Origin: Mayamaea pseudoterrestris
Lineage: Eukaryota
Assembly (NCBI GenBank): GCA_027923505.1
Contig: BROI01000003.1
Span: 62,001-126,000, forward strand
Length of the DNA: 64,000 nt
Direction: 5' to 3'
The position numbers were made by a program, and so were the translations under genes. Each line of letters opens with the position of its first letter. Position 1 is the first letter of the stretch. Below the pieces are notes generated by a model that had not been told where the DNA came from, did no database searches, and saw only the letters and a program-made list of their open reading frames with translations. Below, one piece after another: positions 1 through 14,490 of this stretch.

Positions 1-1689
1 AACTTGATTGTCATTGTGACGATGACTCTCTTCCTTGAGCCTCTTCGTCTCCTCCCTTTGCCGCTTCAAAGCATCCTCGACTCGATGCAGCTGACGTGTC
101 TTTTCCTCCAACTCTCTGTGTAATCGCCTTGGATCTGACGGCATGGTAATGGCCGGAGTCGGGCTTCTAGTTGCATCAACGCTTGAATCTACACTGCTAG
201 CATCTGTCTCGACAAAGCTCGCTTCTGGCATTGTCTCGTGCAAAAGTTGCAAACTTGCTTTCATCGCGGAGATGGAATCGTCCAAAGCAGCACCTACCCT
301 TTCCAAGGCAGAAGCGTCACCACCATCAGATGCTTTCATGTCACACGCTTGAGCATGCACATCCCTCACGTTCTTCTCCAGACGAGCCGTCAATGCCAGC
401 TGGCGCTGCTGCTTGCTAGTAGTACTGCCTCCAATACTATGCATCGGAACGTTGCGCTGCAAGTCACGCAACTGCGTCGCCAAGGAATCAAGTCGCTTCT
501 GCTTGTCCGCCGCATCCACCGTGAGCGAATGTATCGCATCGTCCTTGGCTTTGAGCTTGCTTCGAAGGTCAGCCGCGAGAGAACCGCTCGCTTGCTCCAA
601 GGATGTGATAATCATCTTGGCGTTCTCAAGCGCCAAGCTCTTTTCCTCGAGCTCCTTGGCGAGCTTGGTAGTTTCGTCTGTTGCATTATGAACGCTATCA
701 TCCTCGTTGCCAGGCAGCTTGCCCTTCGCCTGGCTTGAGCTGCTGGAAGCAACATGGGTTGATTGAGCCTCTTGCTGCTTGACATCAGTAGCAAAATTAT
801 TGTTCTTCGCCTTTTCGAAAACACTCATGCACGTTTCCCACAATTGTCGCTCCTGACGGTTCAATCCATAGGGCATTTTCACGTAATGACTAGATCCAGC
901 CGCCGCCTGCAGCGCCTGCGTCATGCGCGCCAGCGAGTTGGTCGGATATTGATGTGGGGACGAGTCATCGTCCACGCCGCCGTCACCCAGTGAACTAACG
1001 TCGTCCGGTGGTTCCACGTTGGTTGTCTTGCTTTTAACGCGACTCAACGAGTTTGCTGCTGATGCACCACTCGCTCCACCAACATTGTTATTCGCCGCAT
1101 ACTGCCCATGGCTCAAGTTGCTTGGCAGCGACGAGCTGGACACTTTGCGCGCCAGCTGTCCGCGCGGAGGCGTGTACGCACTGCTCGACGGCGGTCGTTG
1201 CCACCAGCGGGGCGCCAGCTTGGGCGGCGTGATTAGAGCAGCAGGTGCAACGTTGTGAGACTGCAGCAAGTCATCCGGCAGTGTCAATAGTGCGGGGACT
1301 TTGTTGCTGCTATCTGCAGCAACTGCGGCGGCTTCCATTGTTTGATTGACGCGAGGCGACAGCCGGGGTCGGGGAGCATCATCCACGTCCCAGGTGCGCA
1401 TGGACAAGACATGTATCCCCGTAGGCGGAACTGGTAGAGTCTTGCTTGAGTGACTTGCTGCATCTTCCAATGCCATGGTGACTGGAACCATGGTAGTCTT
1501 GTTGTTGATTTTGCCATCGCTAGCCGTTGAAGGCAGCTGCGCTGGCGACGTCGGAAGCTCGGGCGCACATTCATCGTCTAGCGACACTTCCACTCGATCT
1601 GCATTGCCTCTTCCTCCTTTGAACGTGGCGAGACGCCGGTTCCGTCGATCCCGGGCCGTTGCAACGAGAGAAGCGCTGCTGCTGCTCAT
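1..1689 (-). CDS. Hypothetical coiled-coil protein (3' end runs off the left edge of the window)
   Basis: Hand translation gives an uninterrupted minus-strand frame from ATG at 1689 (MSSSSASLVATARDRRNRRLATF...) to base 1. It has a Ser/Pro-rich N-terminus followed by heptad-like segments (KLAKELEEKSLALENAKMIITSLEQ; LHRELEEKTRQLHRVEDALKRQREETKRLKEE). It is absent from the ORF track because no stop codon lies in the window. Confidence 0.8.
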   Translation of the reverse strand, partial: MSSSSASLVATARDRRNRRLATFKGGRGNADRVEVSLDDECAPELPTSPAQLPSTASDGKINNKTTMVPVTMALEDAASHSSKTLPVPPTGIHVLSMRTWDVDDAPRPRLSPRVNQTMEAAAVAADSSNKVPALLTLPDDLLQSHNVAPAALITPPKLAPRWWQRPPSSSAYTPPRGQLARKVSSSSLPSNLSHGQYAANNNVGGASGASAANSLSRVKSKTTNVEPPDDVSSLGDGGVDDDSSPHQYPTNSLARMTQALQAAAGSSHYVKMPYGLNRQERQLWETCMSVFEKAKNNNFATDVKQQEAQSTHVASSSSSQAKGKLPGNEDDSVHNATDETTKLAKELEEKSLALENAKMIITSLEQASGSLAADLRSKLKAKDDAIHSLTVDAADKQKRLDSLATQLRDLQRNVPMHSIGGSTTSKQQRQLALTARLEKNVRDVHAQACDMKASDGGDASALERVGAALDDSISAMKASLQLLHETMPEASFVETDASSVDSSVDATRSPTPAITMPSDPRRLHRELEEKTRQLHRVEDALKRQREETKRLKEESHRHNDNQV

Positions 1690-2195
1690 TTGCAAAACGC
1701 GAAGAATGCAGGCAGCAGAAATGAGGCTGAATTGCGTAAATCTTTTTTCAGCAGTCCATAAAGCTTGCTGCTCGCATTGTTTTTAAACTATATTATATTT
1801 GAGAGGTTTGGATCGACGCAGTCCTTGGAGTTTGCCTGCCGAGTCGCTGCAACAAGCAACAGCAAGACGAATGCATGTGCATCATCGTCGTCGCGCCGTT
1901 TGCAACGCATTCGGGCGACGAGCAGACGATCTAAAAGGATGTCGCAACGGTGAAAGCTTGGCGCGCCGGTGACGACATCCGTGTCAATCCGCACGCAACC
2001 ACGTTAGCTACCGAAAGCTGTAGTCTCACTGACCCCTAGGGTCCAGTGAATAGAAAGTTTCTCGTGTCCGTGTGTCCGTCGATGACGCTTCTAAACTACG
2101 ACAATGGAACTTCAACATGACGAAGCGCTCCGAATGCTAAATGTCAATAAGAATTCTTTGGTCATTGCATCCGCCAAGTTAGTCAATCGTCAATG

Positions 2196-2287
2196 AACCA
2201 CTCTTACACCATCACTCAGACGGCCAAATACAGCCTGAAATTGGTCGGATGGCAACCACACAAAGACAATTACAAAGCGGTTTGAAT
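2196..2287 (+). repeat. ~92-bp segment duplicated at ~3494-3585 inside the element
   Basis: aaccactcttacaccatcactcagacggccaaatacagcctgaaattggtcggatggcaaccacacaaagacaatta... recurs at ~3494 with only a few substitutions. Confidence 0.9.
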
Positions 2288-2412
2288 AAGGATGAAGATA
2301 ACAATATGCTGTAAAAGTTACAGAATGGCACACCTTCAATTTGTGACCATGCTGCCTTCATCAGATGTCCATAGATTGATGTATATAATGGAGATTTTAT
2401 AAGATTTACATA

Positions 2413-3932
2413 GGAACAGTCTTCTGGAAAGCCAACTTGTCATCAAGGACAGCTGTAGCATCAACCACCACACCTTTGTGGTTGTCTCCCAGCACTTAAC
2501 CTAGCAGCTTCCCATTAAGTGTGCCATCAGGTGACCCAAGCGCCAAGCCCAGTGCGTCACCTAGCGCAGGACCCAGTCTCCTTCCCAGTGCCGCATCAAG
2601 TTTGTCCTCCTCTGTGGCTCCCAGTTTGATTCCAGCACTTTCACTATAGCAGCTTGTCATCAAGTGGGCCATTGAGCAACCCAAGTGCCAAGCCCAGTGC
2701 GTCACCTAGTGCTGGAACCAGTCTTCTGGAAAGCCAACTTGTCAGCAAGGACAGCTGTAGCATCAACCACCACACCTTTGTGGTTGTCTCCCAGCACTCA
2801 ACCTAGCAGCTTCCCATTAAGTGTGCCATCAAGTGACCCAAGCGTCAAGCCCAGTGCGTCACCTAGCGCAGGACCCAGTCTCCTTCCCAGTGCCGCATCA
2901 AGTTTGTCCTCCTCTGTGGCTCCCGGTTTGATTCCAGCACTCTGACTATAGCAGCTTGTCATCAAGTGGGCCATTGAGCAACCCAAGTGCCAAGCCCAGT
3001 GCGTCACCTAGTGCTGGAACCAGTCTCCTGGAAAGCCAACTTGTCATCAAGGACAGCTGGAGCATCAACCACCACACCTTTGTGGTTGTCTCCCAGCACT
3101 CAACCTAGCAGCTTCCCATTAAGTGTGCCATCAAGTGACCCAAGCGCCAAGCCCAGTGCGTCACCTAGCGCAGGACCCAGTCTCCTTCCCAGTGCAGCAT
3201 CAAGCCTGCCATCCTTTGTGGCTCCAAGTCTGTCCCCAGCACTCACTTCAGCAGCATGCCACCAAGTGTGCCATCAAGTGACCCAAGTGCCAAGCCCAGT
3301 GTGTCACCTGGCATAGGATCTACAATAGTCTCCTTCACAGTGCCGCATCTAGCCTGCCATCCTTTGTGGCTCCAAGTCTGTCCCCAGCACTCACTTCAGC
3401 AGCTTGACATTAAGTGTGCCATTAAGTGTGCCATCAAGTGACCCAAGTGCCAAGCCCAGTGTGTCACCTGGCATAGGACCTACAGTAGTATCCAACCGCT
3501 CTTACACCATCACTCAGACAGCCAAATACAGCCTGAAATTGGTCGGATGGCAACCACACAAAGACAATTAGAAAGCGATTTGAATTGCAGGATGCCACCA
3601 AGTGTGCCATCAAGTGACCCAAGTGCCAAGCCCAGTGTGTCACCTGGCATAGGATCTACAGTAGTCTCCTTCCCAGTGCCGCATCTAGCCTGCCATTCTT
3701 TGTGGCTCCAAGTCTGTCCCCTGCACTCACTTCAGCAGCTTGCCCTTAAGTGTGCCATCAAGTGACCCAAGTGCCAAGACCAGTGTGTCACCTGGCATAG
3801 GACCTACAGTAGTCTCCTTCCCAGTGCAGCATCAAGCCTGCCATCCTTTGTGGCTCCAAGTCTGTCTTCAGCACTCACTTCAGCAGCATGCCACCAAGTG
3901 TGCCATCAAGTGACCAAGCGCCAAGCCCAGTC
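2413..3932 (+). repeat. Tandem array of ~143-157 bp monomers; first part organised as a 302-bp dimer (~2.6 copies)
   Basis: Monomer anchor AAGTGTGCCATC/AAGTGGGCCATT at 2517, 2662, 2819, 2964, 3121, 3264, 3412/3424, 3600, 3748 and 3896. Near-identical ORFs 2496-2705/2798-3007 and 2685/2987 are offset by exactly 302 bp. An underlying 12-bp period translates as P-S-x-x. Confidence 0.95.
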
Positions 3933-5313
3933 TGTTTTGTATGCTCCACACCAACAAGACAGACAAGTTATGAGTTTGTTTACCATGTTTTGACGAGTTC
4001 TATTGCCCGATCGCGCCTTCCCGGCCCCCCGCCCCCGGAGAAGGGGGGGTCAGTGCCACGGACCGTTAGGTCCCCTTGTTTGGCTACACATTGGATCAAC
4101 GCTGCAAAGAGTACAATAATTGGTTACCTACGGCAAGTTGCGGGGGGCAAACTTGTATGCTTGGCATAAGCTTAAACTAGCAGACCAACAAGAATATGTG
4201 CATATCTGTTATTCCAACCATCAATAATGATTCTGCATTCTGTGGACTTACAATTACTCCAGTAGCCAGTAATAGATGTTGCATTGCCAGCAGCGTTTGG
4301 ACAATAGTGTGTTCCAAAGCAAGGCATTAAAGGTGAAGCATATATATAGTGTGACCATCCATCTTTTCTACCAGCATAGTATCTAAATGTTCTTTCATTG
4401 CATGATAGTATTGCACAAGCACATCTTTCCTGCTGGGCTGGCATGGCTACAGTAGCTAAAATCACATGGCAGTGGCCACCGCTGTGCACGAAGGATTAGT
4501 CGCACCGGTTCTCCAAAGGAGGAATTGCGCAAGTTCGTCCTTCTGTGGGATCTAACTCGGTCTAGAATGACGATACAGAGAATCTGAGCATACCATCATC
4601 TACGTTAATCAACGAAGAATGCAATGGTGCGAAATCTCCACATACATCGGGGATTTGATCGTGCAGGGACGATTCTTGTAAAATCACTCAAATCACCTTG
4701 ATAGAAACACTGCAACAACTTTGGCTACAACTTTAAGACCAGGCTAGTACTCGTACATTATATCAAGTATATATATAATGGTCTATTGCGCTCGTTTCAG
4801 CCAAAAGCATGCATGTTAAGGTCGTCGCGTCGACGATTGAAGATTCGACCAATTTGCACCTTGATCAATTGGAAGCGACTCCCTCCGTCAGTTTTGGTCC
4901 CGCGGCAATTTTTCCAACGGAATCATATTCTTTGCTTCCTTGTGGTTCTCATGACATCTTGCTGGTTGCAATGCAATGCCTCCTTGGTCCCGCAATTCGA
5001 GCTTGAAAATGGCGATGCCATGAAAATCGACGTAAAAACCCGGAGACCAAGGAACCGCGCTTTTTAGCATGGGATGCGGCACGACCCAGTTCAATCCAGT
5101 CCCGTGATCACCCGCTCGCGCGGGTTAGAGGAAGAGCGGGGGTTCCCCCCGCAATAATATAGAGTTCTTATAGCAGACATGTGTATGCTATAAGCGTGTC
5201 AAGTGTTCGCCTTGGCAACTTGTGGCCCAATCCTTTCATGAACTTTCTCAGAATCACACTTTTCGACGCACCAAGTGGCGAAGATTTCCACATACCGGAA
5301 GCATGTTATCCGT

Positions 5314-6852
5314 TTACTCGTCGCGAGCGCGCTTGCGCGACGAGTCGACCAAGTCGCGTCCCACAAGAGTCACTTCCAGCAACACGTCGCGGCAGCTATA
5401 CTCGTTTTCCGACAAGAACTTGTAGCAAGCACTTGCATTTACAGCTGCCATTGCCTTGGCAAAGTTGGCGCGACGTCCAGATACCGTCGCGGCGACAGCG
5501 CAAGCGTCAAAAAGGTGTCCCGAGAGACGGCGATGCCGATTCAAATTGCAGGACACATACTTTTGAATGGTCAAAGCCCACTCTGCGTCAAACGGCTCAC
5601 CATTCAATGGGTCAAAAAATTCAACTGTATCAAGACTTCCAGCACCCGTGCAAAAGGCTTCAAGAATAGGCGCTGACGCAAAACAACAAGCTTGATGGCA
5701 ACTCAACGTAAGGTGCCGCAAGTATTGATTGGCAACAATGTATTGCGCAAATGCCAATTCCACCGCTTCAGAAAAATGTCCTTCATACCAATGTGCACTC
5801 TGGCGTAAGCCCCGGATCTTAAAATCACTCGAATGCTGCAAAAATGCCAGTAATTCATCGTATGAAAGACGAATTGACAGAAACTCCAGATTTCCGCGAT
5901 GTGAAGCTGCCAAACCGCGGCCAAATGCATCATAAAAGCTCAAGTCACGGCTAATGAATTCAACCGTGAGCTTGGCCGCTCCAGACAAAATTAGTGCGTT
6001 CGCAAGAGCAACACTTCTAGTAGGCGGAACCTTACATTTTTCGAAACAAAGCTCTGTCAAGTTGGATTCGCTCACCGCGGTGCAAATAATGTCCGCTGCT
6101 TCTTCAGTATGCATATACATATGCGACAGCTCGATTCTAATCATTGTCTCTAATAGCAGGACACGTCGAAGCGCATAGGCGCGACTTGCCGTTAGTTCCC
6201 TTAGACACATATTGAGCTTCAGGCACTGAAGAGTCGAGGAAACCGCAAGTGACATGAGAATCCGCACTATCGCAACAGGTCTATCATTGTTCGACAAGCA
6301 CGGAATCCTGACAGTTTCAAGATAGCGAAGGCCTCTTAGATAGCTGTCAAATCCAGGAAGAATTGTATTGTGATGCATGGGCAAACTTAAAGTCAAGTGT
6401 TTGACTCGTTGACATTCTTGAATGATCGCGAGAAGAGCATTCGAGTCAAGAGCCCTGCAAAAATCGTTTATGCGCACAATGACTTCCTCGATTGTCGGGA
6501 TTGAGGCGAGGATTCGCCCTAGCTTGGTACATAAGGGAATCAAAGTCATATGCATACGGTCATTATCGCGCGGTACAAGCGATTCTGGAACTTCTAGATG
6601 TGTCGAATCAGTAATATCAAAAGCAACACACTTTAAATTCGTCGAATTTTCTTGCAGTGAACGGAAAAAAGATTCTTGCAGATCGGATGCATGCGTTAGT
6701 GCAATGATTTGTGGCATATCAATAAGAAAATCCGCATCTTCGTAGGGGAAGAAAGAAGTTTTGATTTTGCTTTGAAGCTTTGATAGCCGAACATCCATTT
6801 CCTTCTCTTGTGACTCCATCCAAACTTGTACTTCTGTGCGTTCGTCTTCCAT
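5314..6852 (-). CDS. Hypothetical protein with degenerate leucine-rich (RNI-like) repeats
   Basis: 512-aa ORF with recurring LxxLxL units (VKHLTLS, LETVRIP, LQCLKLN, LTELCFE, LEFLSIR, LRHLTLS). Appears paralogous to 27879-29453. Confidence 0.7.
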   Translation of the reverse strand: MEDERTEVQVWMESQEKEMDVRLSKLQSKIKTSFFPYEDADFLIDMPQIIALTHASDLQESFFRSLQENSTNLKCVAFDITDSTHLEVPESLVPRDNDRMHMTLIPLCTKLGRILASIPTIEEVIVRINDFCRALDSNALLAIIQECQRVKHLTLSLPMHHNTILPGFDSYLRGLRYLETVRIPCLSNNDRPVAIVRILMSLAVSSTLQCLKLNMCLRELTASRAYALRRVLLLETMIRIELSHMYMHTEEAADIICTAVSESNLTELCFEKCKVPPTRSVALANALILSGAAKLTVEFISRDLSFYDAFGRGLAASHRGNLEFLSIRLSYDELLAFLQHSSDFKIRGLRQSAHWYEGHFSEAVELAFAQYIVANQYLRHLTLSCHQACCFASAPILEAFCTGAGSLDTVEFFDPLNGEPFDAEWALTIQKYVSCNLNRHRRLSGHLFDACAVAATVSGRRANFAKAMAAVNASACYKFLSENEYSCRDVLLEVTLVGRDLVDSSRKRARDE

Positions 6853-7272
6853 ATTTTTATATTCTCACTACTACAAGGCTGTGTTCGTTGTGCTGCTTCT
6901 GCGCGTTGCTTGCACGCTGTCGTTACGTAAACACTGGTCTTGTAGTCTTCATCATCATCCATGGTGACGGCTTGCAGCGACGAACGCTCGTGAGTATCAC
7001 TCTTCAGCGTTTTCAAGAATCCTCGCCTGCCATTGGTTCGCGCCAAGGACAAGGATCGTCACGCGGATGGATTGCGGCGAAAATCCAAAACGCCCTTGCA
7101 AATCGCTCGCAACCTCTCCCCTTTCCTTTGCCTTGAACATGCAACGATCCATAATTGACTCGACGGCATGCGTTCGTTACGCTCCAAACGCTCGCCACCA
7201 GTTTAGTCGTATCACTGTTACTATTAATAATATTGAGAGCCCCCGCGATTACCATTGCATACCATTATCACC

Positions 7273-12435
<5,163 letters not shown>

Positions 12436-13074
12436 CTGCAAGTTTATTGTTAGACTAATTGAATTGATACATACGTACAGTAGCTACTCTCTGGCTAAAG
12501 CGAGGGCCCGGCGGCGCAGCTCCACGGGTCATATACCGGTACAGCGTCGAGATACTGCTCCAGTATCACTATTGTCGTGCACAGCACAAAAAGCATATAA
12601 TATAGTCCCGTCGCTATTCACTCACATATGCATACAATGCTGACTTGTTTGCCCATGTATAGCCTCGACATCTGTTGGAGCATGCCGATAATCTGCGTCA
12701 TTCGCGGAGTTATTGGCAGCTTGAAATACGCCGCACCAAAGCTTCTATAGCCTATGTAATGCGAACCAAGAAAGTGCTCAGCAATTATGTTGCTTGGAAT
12801 TTAATAGCATCCACATGGCATCGACAAAGATGTAACAGTAGACAAGTTTGATGGCAACAAGCCTGGAGTGCCAAGGTAGCAAGAACTTAAGCGTTCCAGC
12901 TATCCTGCCTACCGGTAGTACACAACAAGAAACTGCAAGCATTCGAAACGCGTCTTATAATGTACTTGTATAATAAAAACTGAATGATATAAGAACTGTT
13001 AGAGCTAAGTTTATATGAGTAGTATGATAGAAAACATTAGACTTGGTTCGCCACGTTGCAGTATGCCGCAAACC

Positions 13075-13869
13075 TCACGCCACGGGCGAAACAACCTTGA
13101 ACGGCAGCATGCACCGTCGCTTGTCAGCCGATGGTAAACTGTGTTTGCGTGCATTCATTGGCAAGTGATGATGATGATGATGATCTGCTGGAGTAGTCGC
13201 TAACACTGCAGTATTCATGTTGTTAACACTGCCGCACTGCATCTCCGACGCATGCTCCACCATGGCCGACAAGGCATCCGCCGCTCCCATGGCCCGCGCA
13301 AACGACTTGCTGGATGCACTCAGTCGCTCACTCAGTTTCCTCATGAGACTGGATCGTTCGTCGTCGTTATGCTTGGACAAGCGAGCGTGCGCCTTGATCA
13401 TGGTGCATTGGTGCCTTCGGCGTCGCTGCATGCGGTCGGATGCCACGCTCGATAACACAAAGGCTTCGAGGCCTCGCAAGTGTGACATTCCTGATAATGC
13501 GAGCAAGTGACTGCACGAGTCAACGGTGGAGTAATGCTGCTGAGCGGAATGCAAATTTGATGCAAATGCTGCATCGCCCTGCAAGACACTGCTGGTATAC
13601 GTCGCTGCCAGCAGCTCGCAGTGTAGATGGTAGGCGCTTGGATCCTTGCTGTAAGTTTGTTGTATCGTCACTGGATGCGTTTGCACCGTGTCAATGATGC
13701 TTTGCTTGGTGATCCATGACGATGACGATTCACTGCAGCTGCAGTCATTGGAGTGGACGCTCAAGGGCGCTTCGGCAAAGGAAACCTTGCGGCGCTTGGT
13801 AGATGGCGTCTCTATATGCAAGGGACGCTTGTTGCTTGAGAGAGAGGACTTGATCATGTTGGTATGCAT
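13075..13869 (-). CDS. Hypothetical protein (diatom-type KVSF...RGLE family); start uncertain, ORF extends to 14055
   Basis: 326-aa ORF containing RRKVSF, LRGLE and a C-terminal helical SERLSASSKSFARAMGAADA pattern, plus a His run. Confidence 0.6.
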   Translation of the reverse strand: MHTNMIKSSLSSNKRPLHIETPSTKRRKVSFAEAPLSVHSNDCSCSESSSSWITKQSIIDTVQTHPVTIQQTYSKDPSAYHLHCELLAATYTSSVLQGDAAFASNLHSAQQHYSTVDSCSHLLALSGMSHLRGLEAFVLSSVASDRMQRRRRHQCTMIKAHARLSKHNDDERSSLMRKLSERLSASSKSFARAMGAADALSAMVEHASEMQCGSVNNMNTAVLATTPADHHHHHHLPMNARKHSLPSADKRRCMLPFKVVSPVA

Positions 13870-14490
13870 GGTTGATGCGTTGAAGAGAGAGGCAAGTTGC
13901 AATAATGTGAAACGAAACGATGAATCACACGATTTCTCGGGTTGACTTTGTGAGCTGCCCAAGGAAGGAAACGGCCCTCCCGTTTGTACACTCGACGGCA
14001 CACTCGCAGAGCCAGCCGCGCCCATCGTGGCGCAACAGATGCTGCCCATGATCACCGCTTCCCGAACACGTCATTGACACTGGAACGGCAGAAGGCTGTT
14101 ACACGGGACGTCGAAGGCCTTGGAGCTGGGTTCGCTTTCTCAACCATCTGTCGGTGGCTATTCGGCGTCACTGAGCTGGAAGAGTAGACGACGGCTATGG
14201 CCCATGGCATGGAACCACGTTTTCCATACAGCCCGGAGTTTCCCGGCATCCTTGGCAAGTTCAAGTTCAACCGAGGAACAGAGCTGGCGAAGCTAACAAT
14301 GTGGGGGTGAAATGGAAAGCATTCTTCGAGGATTTGGGGGCAGGATGTTAGTACCGGTACGGCACGCGGAATGACGTCAGCCATCACAAGTTCCAATTTG
14401 GATCCGACCATGACGACGCTCAGAAAATTGCCGATCACAAAGCACCGAATCTCTCATCTTTGCAGGGCTTTTTAACAGCAAAAACGCTTC

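Larger units (their letters stand above)
2025..4080 (+). mobile_element. Non-autonomous Helentron-like element (DINE-1/HINE type) with central tandem repeats
   Basis: 5' CACTGACCCC (2027-2036) within the imperfect palindrome CACTGACCCCTAGGGTCCAGTG (2027-2048); GTGTCCGTGTGTCCGTC microsatellite (2064-2080); matching inverted copy GGGGTCAGTG (4046-4055); stem-loop GGACC-GTTA-GGTCC (4060-4073); terminal CTTGTT (4075-4080). Flanks gtagt|tggc rejoin at TT with no target-site duplication. No transposase ORF. Confidence 0.7.

Noticed and set aside
143..1786. Plus-strand ORFs in the first 1.8 kb
   Set aside because: They are antisense shadows of the long minus-strand coiled-coil ORF (1689 to <1).
2413..3932. 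Possible CRISPR array
   Set aside because: Repeats are contiguous 143-302 bp units with no unique spacers, there are no cas genes, and the context is eukaryotic.
2027..4055. CACTA/EnSpm-type transposon with CACTG termini
   Set aside because: Flanking triplets differ (tct vs cca), so there is no TSD, and the stem-loop plus CTTGTT beyond the right repeat fits Helentron anatomy better. Not fully excluded without other copies.
2496..4169. Short ORFs within the repeat array as functional genes
   Set aside because: They are fragmented by stops and frameshifts that differ between copies, and are by-products of the repeat.
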